Shown here: piece by piece, positions 15,133 to 25,200 of the stretch
Numbering within the stretch: the stretch's first letter is position 1
Layout: the number at the start of each line of letters is the position of its first letter
Source of the DNA: Chlorobiota bacterium
Lineage (GTDB): Bacteria; Bacteroidota; Ignavibacteria; Kapaibacteriales; HRBIN21
DNA: 61,859 nt
Direction: 5' to 3'
Assembly (NCBI GenBank): GCA_039630485.1
Contig: JBCNUX010000006.1
Location: 1-61,859, forward strand
The notes under the pieces: generated by a model
What the model was told of the DNA's origin: nothing
Seen by the model: the letters and a program-made list of their open reading frames with translations, nothing else
Database searches by the model: none
Translations under genes and position numbers: made by a program

Positions 15133-17448
15133 GTGCCGGTGATGATCCCGCAGTTCTTGGTGCATTTGGTCTGGTCTGTGGCAGTGGCGACGGCGCTCTG
15201 TTACGGCTTGGCATACCGCCGTCAGGAGTTCCTGTCGCCAGCTCGCTGGGGCTATACCCTACTGGCCGGTGGGGTTGCGGTCGTGTGGCTGGTTTTGCTT
15301 GTGAGCACGCTGCTGCATGACTTCCGCTACACGTACATCTGGGGCCACTCCTCACGGCAACTGCCGCTAGAGTTGCTCATTTCCAGCACCTACGCTGGGC
15401 AGGAGGGGAGCCTGCTCCTGTGGACGCTGTGGTTGGCGCTCGTTGGGCTTGTTCTGCGGGCCCATACGCGCCGCTACGGTTGGGAGGCTCCTACGATGAG
15501 CATCTACACCGGCGTTCTGGCCGGGATGCTGCTCCTGCTGGTGGTGAAGAATCCCTTCGCGTTCGTTTGGGAGACATACGCGGAGCAAGGAGTTGCTGAA
15601 GGTTTCGTCCCAAGCGACGGGCGTGGGCTGAATCCGCTGCTGCACAACTACTGGATTGTGCTCCATCCTCCGACGCTCTTCCTGGGCTTCACGCTCCTGA
15701 CGCCTCCATTTGCGCTGGCGCTTGCGGGGCTGTGGCAGCGGCAGTACCAGAGTTGGGTCACGATGGCGCTGCCCTGGATGGGGATGGCGGCTGCGGTGCT
15801 GGGGTTGGGAATCATGCTCGGCGGGGTGTGGGCGTACGAGACGCTGGGGTGGGGTGGGTTCTGGGCTTGGGATCCGGTGGAGAACTCCTCCTTGGTCCCT
15901 TGGCTGTTCTTGGTTGCAGGCATCCACACGGCGCTGATCCAGCGGCGTAGTGGAGGACTGGTGAGGACAACGGTTGTGCTGGTCGTTCTGGGGTTCCTGG
16001 CGGCGTTGTACTCGACCTTCTTGACGCGCAGCGGGGTCTTGGGGGATACGTCGGTGCACTCGTTCGTTGACCCAGGCCTCTTCGCATACGTGCTGCTCAT
16101 AGCGCTCATGGTGGTTGGCGTAGGGGTGAGTGCGGCCTTTCTCCTTTGGCGCTGGCGAGAGTTGGGGCAGCGGGCACTTGCTCTTTCTGCCAACTCTCGG
16201 GAGTTGGCGTTGGCACTAGGGGCCTTGGGGCTTGTCATCAGTGCCATTGTCGTTCTCGTAGGGACGAGCTACCCGATTGTGGCCGAACTCTTGGGGCGTC
16301 CGAAGGTCGCGGTGGAGCAGCGCTTCTACAACCTGCTCCACATTCCGATCGGCATCTGGCTCTTCGCGCTCAACGGGCTGTCGCTACTCCTCCAGTGGCG
16401 GGCAACACCTCGACAGCTCTTCTGGCAGCGGTTGTGGCTCCCGCTGGGATTGGCTGCGGTCGGCACGCTGGGGCTGTGGCTTTTAGGCGTACGCGACGCG
16501 GCCTTGGTGGCGCTGGCTGCCTCAGCCTACTTCGCCATCGCGGTCAACGGGCGGATTCTGCTCCAGTATCTCCGCCGGCATCCGCAGACGCTTGGAGCTT
16601 GGCTTTCCCACGCTGGAATTGCGCTGCTCACAGTTGGAGTGCTGGTGTTGAGTTCCCTCTCGTGGACAGCTCATGCGCGGTTGCCCTACAATGAACCAGT
16701 CCAGTTGGGTGCATATCGGCTGACCTACCTCGGACGGGAGCAGATCGAGCGCGAGTACACCGACCGTGAGAAGTGGCGCTATGCTGTCCAAATAGAACAC
16801 GGCTCGCAGCGGGCCCTGGTCTTCCCAGTACTGTTTTGGAGCGATTACAACCAACGGCAAGCAGCGTTCCTGGAGCCCGGCATTCAGTGGCGTCTGACGG
16901 CGGATTTCTACGTTGCCCCGAAGGCCGTGGAGACGGAGGGTGGCACTGCGGAGCTAGTCCTGCGGCGAGGAGAGAGTATGTCGCTACCGCTAGACTCGAG
17001 TGGGCAGGTAGAGCTCTTGCGGTTCGCAATGGGACATACGCCGACCGACACGCCTACTCTCGGCGCCTGGGTTGCCATTCGTTCTGCAAGCCAGAGTGAC
17101 ACCCTGCATCTGGAGGCGCAGATGCTGTCTCTGGAGCGCTTTCTTCCCCGATGGCGCCAGTACGGGGATTCGCTGGAGCTAGCACTGCTGAGGATTGTGC
17201 CCGATAGGCAGGATTTGAGCCGGTCACAGGCAATCCTAGGTGTGCGTCGGCCTGGGGCGCAGTCGCGGGAGGTCTTCACGGTGGAGTTCTCGCTCAAGCC
17301 GGGCATCAACTTCGTGTGGTTGGGAGCACTACTGACCGTTGTTGGGCTTGCCTGGAGTGGAGTGGAGCGGCTGCGCCGTCTGCCGGGTCGGCGGAAGAGG
17401 GTAGCCGTTGCTGCAACGGAGGCTCCTAGCCTGACGGAGGTCTCGTAG
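15133..17448 (+). CDS. ccmF: Cytochrome c-type biogenesis protein CcmF (heme lyase component), 771 aa
   Basis: The protein is polytopic and carries the Trp-rich motif WGGFWAWDPVENSSLVPWL. It follows ccmE directly. GTG start at 15133. Confidence 0.9.
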   Translation: MPVMIPQFLVHLVWSVAVATALCYGLAYRRQEFLSPARWGYTLLAGGVAVVWLVLLVSTLLHDFRYTYIWGHSSRQLPLELLISSTYAGQEGSLLLWTLWLALVGLVLRAHTRRYGWEAPTMSIYTGVLAGMLLLLVVKNPFAFVWETYAEQGVAEGFVPSDGRGLNPLLHNYWIVLHPPTLFLGFTLLTPPFALALAGLWQRQYQSWVTMALPWMGMAAAVLGLGIMLGGVWAYETLGWGGFWAWDPVENSSLVPWLFLVAGIHTALIQRRSGGLVRTTVVLVVLGFLAALYSTFLTRSGVLGDTSVHSFVDPGLFAYVLLIALMVVGVGVSAAFLLWRWRELGQRALALSANSRELALALGALGLVISAIVVLVGTSYPIVAELLGRPKVAVEQRFYNLLHIPIGIWLFALNGLSLLLQWRATPRQLFWQRLWLPLGLAAVGTLGLWLLGVRDAALVALAASAYFAIAVNGRILLQYLRRHPQTLGAWLSHAGIALLTVGVLVLSSLSWTAHARLPYNEPVQLGAYRLTYLGREQIEREYTDREKWRYAVQIEHGSQRALVFPVLFWSDYNQRQAAFLEPGIQWRLTADFYVAPKAVETEGGTAELVLRRGESMSLPLDSSGQVELLRFAMGHTPTDTPTLGAWVAIRSASQSDTLHLEAQMLSLERFLPRWRQYGDSLELALLRIVPDRQDLSRSQAILGVRRPGAQSREVFTVEFSLKPGINFVWLGALLTVVGLAWSGVERLRRLPGRRKRVAVAATEAPSLTEVS

Positions 17449-17469
17449 CCTAAGCTCTGCGGAAGCGCC

Positions 17470-17477
17470 TATTTTTG
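17470..17477 (+). promoter_or_regulatory. Candidate -7 box TATTTTTG upstream of the M20 peptidase gene
   Basis: Exact TAnnTTTG match, 32 nt upstream of the ATG at 17510. Confidence 0.4.
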
Positions 17478-17509
17478 CCGCTAGGTAAGCTCGGCCGAGA
17501 GGTCTTCCG

Positions 17510-18985
17510 ATGCGCCGACAATGGCTTGCTGCAGTGGCGCTTTTGGGAGCTGCGTTCCTCGTGTTGTTTGGGGTCATGCTCTACCGCACTGTGCGCTTGG
17601 GGGCTGGGGTGGAGGTGGCGCCGCTAGAGGTACCGCCGTTGGACATAGATTCTGCAGGAGCCGTTGCTCGCTTCGCAGAGGCACTCCGCTACCGGACGAT
17701 TTCACATCAGGACACGGCGCAAGTGGAGGTTGCCGAGTTCGAGCGCTTCCATCGCTTCCTCCAGGCGAGCTTCCCTGAAGTCCATCGGCAACTGCAGTGG
17801 GAGACGGTAGGGGGATACAGCCTGCTCTATCGCTGGCCAGGGCGAGCTCCGACACGGCCGGCGATTCTGCTGATGGGGCACATGGATGTTGTCCCGGTAG
17901 AGCCGGGCACGGAAGGGAAGTGGCGCTATCCGCCGTTCGGCGGGGTCGTAGCGGAGGGCTACATCTGGGGGCGGGGGGCGATTGACGACAAGCTCACGGT
18001 GATGGGCATTCTGGAAGCGGCCGAGGCGCTACTCCGGCAAGGATTCCAGCCCAGCCGCGACATCTACTTCGCGTTTGGGCATGACGAAGAGGTTGGCGGT
18101 GCTCGAGGGGCACAGCAGATTGTGGCCCTCTTGCAGCGCCGTGGTGTTCGGCTGGAGTGGGTCTGGGATGAGGGTGGGGCGGTGACGGTCGGTATGCTGC
18201 CCGGAGTGGAGCGGCCGCTGGCGATGATTGGGATTGCTGAGAAGGGCTATGCAATGCTGGAGCTGAGTGCCGAGGGGCCGGGTGGACACTCCTCAACACC
18301 GCCGTCGCGGAGTCCGTTAGGAATAGTGGCAGAGGCCGTGGCAGCCATAGAGCGCTCTCCGTTACCCGCTCGGCTGGAGGGAGCAGCAGTGGCAATGCTG
18401 GAGGCAGTTGTGCCGGAATTGCCCTTCTGGCAGCGCTTCATGGTGGCTAACCGCTGGCTCTTCAGTGCTGTGCTCCTCCGGCAGCTCCAGCAGACACCGC
18501 GTGGGAATGCAACAGTGCGCACGACGTTGGCCCCGACACTCTTCCACGCTGGGATCAAGGAGAACGTGATCCCTTCTGCGGTGAGTGCCGCCGTTAACGT
18601 TCGCCTCCTACCTGGGGATACACCAGAGGAGGTCGTCGAGCATGTCCGACGTGTAGTGCCGGATAGGCAAGTGCAGGTGAGCATCCAGAAGGTGCTCAGT
18701 CTGCCCTCACCGGTAGCCGATGTTCGCAGTGGAGGGTTCCAAGTGCTCCAGGAGGCTGTCCGCTCGTTCTTCCCTGAGGCACGAGCTGTCCCTTACCTTG
18801 TGCTAGGGGCAACGGACTCACGCCACTACGTGCCGCTGACACCGAACATCTTCCGCTTCCTGCCCGTGCGGCTGACCCCGGAGGAGTACCAAACCTTCCA
18901 CGGTGCAAACGAGCGGCTGCCAGTCGGGGAACTCTTGCGGGCCATACGGTTCTACGCGACGGTGCTCTACCACGCAGCTGCGTGA
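17510..18985 (+). CDS. M20/M25/M40 family metallopeptidase (carboxypeptidase-like), membrane-anchored or secreted, 491 aa
   Basis: The protein contains LLMGHMDVVPV, GRGAIDDK and HDEEVGG, and has an N-terminal hydrophobic segment. Confidence 0.85.
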   Translation: MRRQWLAAVALLGAAFLVLFGVMLYRTVRLGAGVEVAPLEVPPLDIDSAGAVARFAEALRYRTISHQDTAQVEVAEFERFHRFLQASFPEVHRQLQWETVGGYSLLYRWPGRAPTRPAILLMGHMDVVPVEPGTEGKWRYPPFGGVVAEGYIWGRGAIDDKLTVMGILEAAEALLRQGFQPSRDIYFAFGHDEEVGGARGAQQIVALLQRRGVRLEWVWDEGGAVTVGMLPGVERPLAMIGIAEKGYAMLELSAEGPGGHSSTPPSRSPLGIVAEAVAAIERSPLPARLEGAAVAMLEAVVPELPFWQRFMVANRWLFSAVLLRQLQQTPRGNATVRTTLAPTLFHAGIKENVIPSAVSAAVNVRLLPGDTPEEVVEHVRRVVPDRQVQVSIQKVLSLPSPVADVRSGGFQVLQEAVRSFFPEARAVPYLVLGATDSRHYVPLTPNIFRFLPVRLTPEEYQTFHGANERLPVGELLRAIRFYATVLYHAAA

Positions 18986-19110
18986 GGGAGTCCAGGAGCC
19001 TAGCCTCTGGGACCTTGAGGAGGCAAGCTGTTCTCCGCGCTCGCTTCGCTTGGAGGCGGAATCCCAAAGCTTGCTGAGGTGCGTTCTGAAGCGGTGAGAG
19101 GGCCGACTCG

Positions 19111-19118
19111 TATCTTTG
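19111..19118 (+). promoter_or_regulatory. Candidate -7 box TATCTTTG upstream of the tolC-like efflux operon
   Basis: Exact TAnnTTTG match, 35 nt upstream of the ATG at 19154. Confidence 0.4.
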
Positions 19119-19153
19119 CGACTGTCGGTCGGAAAACGACTGCTGGTCGGAAC

Positions 19154-20491
19154 ATGGGAAGATGGCGCATCTGGGCATTCGTTGGAATAGTCACCGTAGG
19201 CTTTGGGCAGCAGAGTCTCACACTGCGACAGGCATTGGAGCTTGCAGTGGAGAAAAATCCTCAGATCGTAGCAGCCCGGCTGGAGATTGAACGCGCGGAC
19301 GCTCGAGTGCGGGAAGCCGTAGGGACGGCGCTACCATCGCTGGGGATAGCAGCCGGGTACACGCACTATCTCCAGCTACCAGTGTTCTTCCTTCCGGACT
19401 TCCGCAACCCGCAGTCGGGACAGCTCCAGCCAGTGCGGATTGGAGCGGAGAACAGCTTCCAAGTGCAAGTGCAACTGAACCAGGTGCTTTTCAGCCAGGC
19501 GGTCATCACGGGGATTGGGGCATCGCGGATATATGCGCAGGCAGCGCGGAAACAGTACTGGGCCGAGGTGCTGCAGACCGTGATGAACGTGAAGAAGGCC
19601 TTCTACGGGGCCTTGCTGGCCCGGGAGCTTCTGGAGGCAGCTCGCGCCAGTCTGCAGCGAGCAGAGCGCTTTGCCCAGGATGTCCGTGTTCTAGCATCGG
19701 AGGGATTAGTGGCGGATTACGATGCTCTGCGGGCGCAGGTGCAGGTAGAGCAGATCCGCACGGCCGTGGCACAGGCGGAGCTCGGCTATTCGGCTGCACT
19801 CCGGCAGTTGAAGCTTGCCATCGGGGTTCCCCAAGACCAAGAGATCACGCCCTTGGGCAGCTTGGAAGGGGAGTATCGCCCGACACCGCTGCCGTCTGTT
19901 CAGACAGTGATGGAGCAGGTACTGAGGTCCAACCCGCTCCTCCAGGCCTTGGAGCTCCAGGAGCTTGTGCAGCGTGACATCGCGCGCATCTACCGGGCGG
20001 AGTCCTACCCGACCATCGTCGGGTTTGGTGCGTACAGCTACCAGGGGCAGTCGCAGAAGCTATCTAACTTCCTCACAGCCCGAAGTGCTTCCGTTGGCAT
20101 TCAGCTCTCGCTGTCGCTGTTCCAGGGGTTCCAGACCGACGCCCGTGTGGAGCAAGCAGAGATTGAGAGCCGGAAAATCCAGCAGCAACGAGAGCGCTTG
20201 CAGGAGGCACTGAAGGTCCAGGCAGCACTTGCTGTAGAACAGCAGCGCATCGCTCAACAGCGTTTACAAGCCGCTCAGAGCACGATTGCTCAAGCGGAGA
20301 GGGGCTACGAGATCGCTCGGACGCGCTTCAGTACAGGGCTGGGTAGCCAGCTAGAGGTCATCGATGCCGATGTAGCCATACGGCAGTCTCGGACGGCGTA
20401 CGCCCAAGCACTCCACGACTACTTGAGTGCGCAGGCAGAGTTGGACTACCTCCTGGGGGTTGCCGAACCAGGGCTGGTACCAGAGCTGTAA
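19154..20491 (+). CDS. TolC-family outer membrane efflux protein, 445 aa
   Basis: A signal peptide MGRWRIWAFVGIVTVGFGQQ is followed by LTLRQALELAVEKNPQI and two coiled-coil/beta-barrel repeats. I chose the internal ATG at 19154. Confidence 0.85.
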   Translation: MGRWRIWAFVGIVTVGFGQQSLTLRQALELAVEKNPQIVAARLEIERADARVREAVGTALPSLGIAAGYTHYLQLPVFFLPDFRNPQSGQLQPVRIGAENSFQVQVQLNQVLFSQAVITGIGASRIYAQAARKQYWAEVLQTVMNVKKAFYGALLARELLEAARASLQRAERFAQDVRVLASEGLVADYDALRAQVQVEQIRTAVAQAELGYSAALRQLKLAIGVPQDQEITPLGSLEGEYRPTPLPSVQTVMEQVLRSNPLLQALELQELVQRDIARIYRAESYPTIVGFGAYSYQGQSQKLSNFLTARSASVGIQLSLSLFQGFQTDARVEQAEIESRKIQQQRERLQEALKVQAALAVEQQRIAQQRLQAAQSTIAQAERGYEIARTRFSTGLGSQLEVIDADVAIRQSRTAYAQALHDYLSAQAELDYLLGVAEPGLVPEL

Positions 20492-20505
20492 CCTCTTGGC
20501 CTAGG

Positions 20506-21186
20506 ATGGGAATTCCAGAGCGCCGTGAACGGGAACGGCAGCAGAGGCGGCGGGCCATTCTGGAGGCCGCTCAGCGTGTCTTCTTCCAGCACGGTTACCG
20601 GAATGCAACCATGGAGATGGTCGCGGCTGAGGCGGAGCTGGGGAAGGCAACGCTCTACGAGTACTTCCACACGAAGGAGGAGCTCTACGTGGCGTTACTG
20701 GAGGACGGCCTACGGCTCCTCGATACAATGATGGCGCAAGCGTCGCAGGAGGCAGCACAACAGCCCGTCCGGCAGGCTATCCATACGTTTGCTCGGCAGT
20801 ACTGGCGCTTTGCCAACGAATACCCAGAGTACTTCGCGCTGCTCATGCATGTCTCTACAGCCATCGAGCTACCGCTGGAGAAGGTGCGGCCAGAACTCCT
20901 TGCAGAACTGCAGCAGCTCCAGGAACGGGCCGTTCTGAGAGGAATGGAGCTCGTTCAGCGGGGTATCCAGGAAGGGCTCTTTCCACCGACGGTGGCTCCA
21001 GGTCGGGTGTTGGCGGAGTTCTGGGTCGTGCTCAGCGGGGCTCTGCTCCTAGCACGGCACCCGTATCGCATGCGCTTGATGCAGGAAATGATGCCTGAGG
21101 AACTTGCGGAAGAGCTTGTGGAACTACTACTCAGTGGGTGGCAATGCCGCGCACAATCGTCATTGGTATCGTCCTCGCCACGCTAG
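20506..21186 (+). CDS. TetR/AcrR family transcriptional regulator, 226 aa
   Basis: The N-terminal HTH reads RRAILEAAQRVFFQHGYRNATMEMVAAEAELGKATLYEYFHTKEEL. Confidence 0.9.
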   Translation: MGIPERRERERQQRRRAILEAAQRVFFQHGYRNATMEMVAAEAELGKATLYEYFHTKEELYVALLEDGLRLLDTMMAQASQEAAQQPVRQAIHTFARQYWRFANEYPEYFALLMHVSTAIELPLEKVRPELLAELQQLQERAVLRGMELVQRGIQEGLFPPTVAPGRVLAEFWVVLSGALLLARHPYRMRLMQEMMPEELAEELVELLLSGWQCRAQSSLVSSSPR

Positions 21187-22286
21187 TCGGCTGGACTAGT
21201 TTCAGCGGTTGTGGTGCTCGCTCGGAAGAGGTCGACTCTAAGAGGCGCCGCTTGGAACAGCTCCGCAACGAGTTGGCACGCCTCCAGCGAGAGATCCAGG
21301 CCTTGGAAGCGGAATTGGAGGGGGACCAGGCCGGGGCTGGACGAGAGATTTCGGTCGTGGTGGAGCCTGTGCGTCAGGAGCTCCTACGACGGGTCTTGGA
21401 GGTGCAGGGGACGGTGGAATCGCGCACAACCGTCACCCTCAGTACGAAGTCTGCCGGTGCCATCGTTGCCGTTCGAGTCCAGCCAGGGATGCGGGTCTCC
21501 CGCGGCCAAGTGCTGGTGGAGCTGGATTCGGAGGTCTTGAGGAGGACCCTGGATGAAGTCCAAACCCAGCGCGATCTTGCCCGGGCACTCTACGAGAAGT
21601 ACAAGAGGGCATGGGAAGCCCAGGCCATTGCGGAGGTCCAGTACCTAAACGCTAAGCAGCAATGGGAAGCATTGGAACGGCGCCTGGAGACTCTCCGCGA
21701 GCAGTTAGCGCAGACTCGAATCACGGCTCCTTTTGCGGGGCTGGTGGATGAAGTGATGGTCAAGCCTGGCGAGTTCCTGGCCCCAGGGATGCCTGCTGTT
21801 CGGCTAGTGAACACGAGTGATCTTTATGTTTCCGCAGAGATTTCCGAGGCATACGCTGGCAGTCTCAAACCGGGGGCGCGGGCACAGGTGGTTCTGCCAG
21901 AGCTGGGAGATACGGTCCCGGCACGTTTCCGAAACGTCGGGCAAGCAGTCAATCCCCGGACGCGCACGTTCCGTACGGAGTTAGTGTTGGAGCGTATGCC
22001 AGCAGGGCTTCGGCCAGGGTTACAGTGCCAGGTTCGGGTGAGTGATGTGGAGCGCCCAAATGCTGTCACGATCCCGCTGGCTGCTCTGCAGCAACGGAAT
22101 GGGGTGTCGGTGGTCTACGTTGTGGAGCGTCAGCCTGAGGGCACTGCAGTCGTCCGGGAGCGCCCTGTGCGAGTGGGGTTGTTGACCTTCGAGAAGGCAG
22201 AAGTCTTAGCAGGGCTGAGGCCTGGGGAGGAGGTCGTCATCCGTGCTTCGGGAGAATTGCGTGACGGTCTCAAGGTCCAGCTGTAA
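21138..22286 (+). CDS. RND efflux periplasmic adaptor (membrane fusion protein, HlyD family) lipoprotein, 382 aa
   Basis: A lipobox FSGCG is followed by a coiled-coil hairpin and beta-barrel segments (ITAPFAGLV). The start is either 21138 (GTG) or 21144 (ATG). Confidence 0.85.
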   Translation: MAMPRTIVIGIVLATLVGWTSFSGCGARSEEVDSKRRRLEQLRNELARLQREIQALEAELEGDQAGAGREISVVVEPVRQELLRRVLEVQGTVESRTTVTLSTKSAGAIVAVRVQPGMRVSRGQVLVELDSEVLRRTLDEVQTQRDLARALYEKYKRAWEAQAIAEVQYLNAKQQWEALERRLETLREQLAQTRITAPFAGLVDEVMVKPGEFLAPGMPAVRLVNTSDLYVSAEISEAYAGSLKPGARAQVVLPELGDTVPARFRNVGQAVNPRTRTFRTELVLERMPAGLRPGLQCQVRVSDVERPNAVTIPLAALQQRNGVSVVYVVERQPEGTAVVRERPVRVGLLTFEKAEVLAGLRPGEEVVIRASGELRDGLKVQL

Positions 22287-22294
22287 GGTGTGAG

Positions 22295-25200
22295 GTGAAG
22301 ATGCTGCAGCGAGAGTTCTGGCTGACGAACTGGGCAATCCGCAATCGTGTCACGGTCTATGTGCTGGCAGTCGTTGTCCTCCTCTTGGGCATCTACACGT
22401 ACATCCGAGTACCTAAGGAGTTGCTGCCAGATGTCGTCGTCCCGACGATCCTCGTCACCACAATCTACCCTGGCACCTCTCCCACGGACATTGAGAACCT
22501 GGTCACTCGGCCGATTGAGAAGCAGCTCAAAGCAGTTGCAGGCGTGACGAAGGTACGGAGCTACTCTTCACAGGACGTTTCCACGATCGTCGTGGAGTTC
22601 GAGACCACGGTAGATCCAGCAGTCGCAAAGCAGCGTGTGCAGGATGCGATAGACCGGGCGAAGTCAGAGCTGCCGACCGACCTGCCCGAGGATCCGCGGG
22701 CCTTGGAAATCGACTTCTCAGAGTTCCCCATCATGCAGGTCAGCATTGCCGGCGATCTGCCGCTGGAGCAGCTCAAGCGCTACGCTGAAGAGCTGCGCGA
22801 CCGCATCGAGGCCCTACCGCAGATTCGGCGAGTAGATATCGTCGGACTACCCGAACGAGAGGTCCGAGTAGACGTAGACCCGTACCGGCTATGGGCACAC
22901 GGGCTGAGCCTGAGTGACGTAGAGCAGGCAATTCGCCGAGAGAATTTGAACATCACTGCAGGTGAAGTCTCAGCCGGCGGCCTACTCTTGAACGTTCGGC
23001 TGGCAGCCGAGTTCCAGAGCGTTGAGGAGATCGCCAACATCATCGTGCGGAGTGGCACGGGCGTCACAGTTCGCCTGGGTGACATTGCTACCGTCGTGGA
23101 GGACTTCAAGGAGCAGCAGAGCTACGCTCGCCTGAATCGCCGGCCGGTGGTGACGCTCAGCGTCGTCAAGAAATCGGGCGAAAACCTCTTGGAGGCCGCT
23201 GATGGCATCTACCGGATTGTGGAAGAGTTCCGCGCGCGGGTCGTGCCACCTTCGGTGGAGCTGGTCATCACGAACGACCAGTCGGTGCGAAGCCGGACGA
23301 CGTTGGCCGATCTAACGAACGCCATCATCCTCGGCTTCATCTTCGTGGTCGTCTCGCTGATGTTCTTCATGGGCGTGCAGAATGCCCTGTTTGTGGGGTT
23401 AGCGACGCCCTTGTCCTCCTTCTTGGCGATGTTGGTGCTGCCTGCGTTGGGATACACCTTCAACATCGTGGTCACGTTCGCCTTCCTGCTGGCGCTCGGC
23501 ATCATCGTGGACGATGCGATCGTGGTCATTGAGAACACGTACCGACTCTACCGGCGGGAAGGGCTGGATATTGTCGCGGCAGTCAAGCAGGGAGCCGGAG
23601 AGGTCTTTGCACCGGTGCTGGCTGGGACGTTGACGACGCTTGCGCCGTTTGTGCCGCTACTGTTTTGGCCCGGAGTGGTCGGTGAGTTCATCGTGTACTT
23701 GCCCGTCGTGCTCATCGCTACTCTCTCGGCCTCGTTCATAGTTGCTTACGTCTTCAACCCAGTCTTTGCGCTAGACTTCATGCCTCGGCAGCCGCAGCCG
23801 TTGACGCGACGCGAACTCTTCCTGCGAACAGCAGCCATGATTGGGGTTGCGGGGCTCGGCTATGCCTTGGGGGCTTGGAGCCGGCTGCCGATCTTTACAG
23901 GATTGGCAACGGTGACGTGGGTGATCGCGCTGCTGTGGCTCTTCAACCGAACGATCTTCACACCGCGCATCCTGGTGCCATTCCAGCAGCGGCTGTGGCC
24001 GGCGGTGTTGGGCCTGTATCGGCGCGTTGGGGCTCGGGTCCTTCGGGGGCGGCGTGCGGTGGCTTTGGTGGTTGGAGTTGTGCTCCTCTTTGGGTTGACG
24101 CTGGTAGTGACGGCGCTCGTGCGGCCGAAGGTCCAATTCTTCACGAACCCGGAGCCCAACTTTGTCTACGTGTACGTCACGCTGCCAGTGGGGACCGATG
24201 CTGCCACGACGGACTCAGTGATGCGCGTAGTAGAGGAGCGAGTCTACCGAGTTCTAGGCGAGCAGAACCCGCTGGTGACCTCGGTAAGCGTCAACGTGGG
24301 GGTCGCTGCCGGAGATCCCTTCCGTCCCAGCTTTGGGGTTACCCCTCACAAGGGGCGCCTGACGATTGCTTTTGTTGACCAAGAGCACCGAAGGGGAATC
24401 TCCACGTGGGACTACTTCGAGCTCGTGCGCCAAGCGGTGGTGGACATCCCTGGAGTACAGGTTGTGGTGGACAAAGATCTAGCAGGCCCACCGACAGGAA
24501 GGCCCGTCAACATTGAGATTGCCGGCACCGATCTGGACACGCTCGCAGCCTTGGCCGACCGTATTCGTGTGCTCATCGTCGACTCGCTGAAGATCGCTGG
24601 CCTGGAAGGGATTACGAGCGATCTACAGCAGACCAAGCCCGAGGTGTTGCTGACGATTGACCGTGCGAAGGCCGCTGGGGAAGGACTCAGTACGGGCCAG
24701 GTGGGCAGCGCACTACGGACAGCACTCTACGGTGTGGAAGCTTCAAAGTTCCGCACGGCTGACGAGGAGTACCCAATCCAGGTTCGCCTCATGTCACCGT
24801 ATCGTCAGCGGCTGGAGGACCTCCTCAATGTACCGGTGGCCTTCCGCGACATGAGCACGGGGCAATTCCGAATTATCCCGGTATCGGCCGTGACGACGGC
24901 TACGTACACAACGACGTACGGCACCATCACTCGTATCAACCAAGAGCGGGTCGTTACGCTGACCTCCAACGTGCTGCCGGGCTACAGTGCCCCGCTCATC
25001 AATGAACAAATTCGCGCAGCTTTAGCCCGACTGCAGCTTCCGCCTGGGTACTCGGTGCGGCTCACAGGGGAACAAGAGGAGCAGCAGAAGACGGTCGCCT
25101 TCCTGCAAACAGCCTTTCTCATCGCTGTCGTGCTCATTGCGTTAGTGTTGGTGACTGAGTTTAGCTCAGTGACGAAGCCGCTATTGGTGCTGACGACGGT

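Noticed and set aside
13472-16247. Long alternative-frame ORFs lie inside ccmC and ccmF: 13472..14164 (+) at 230 aa, 15367..16059 (-) at 230 aa, 15648..16247 (-) at 199 aa and 14494..15165 (-) at 223 aa. The track ORF 14174..14410 (+) is also in this region.
   Set aside because: Their composition is R/P/G/H-rich and they have no motifs. The ccm frames carry the Trp-rich signature motifs. 14174..14410 is superseded by the CcmD-like frame, which has a TM helix and high GC3.
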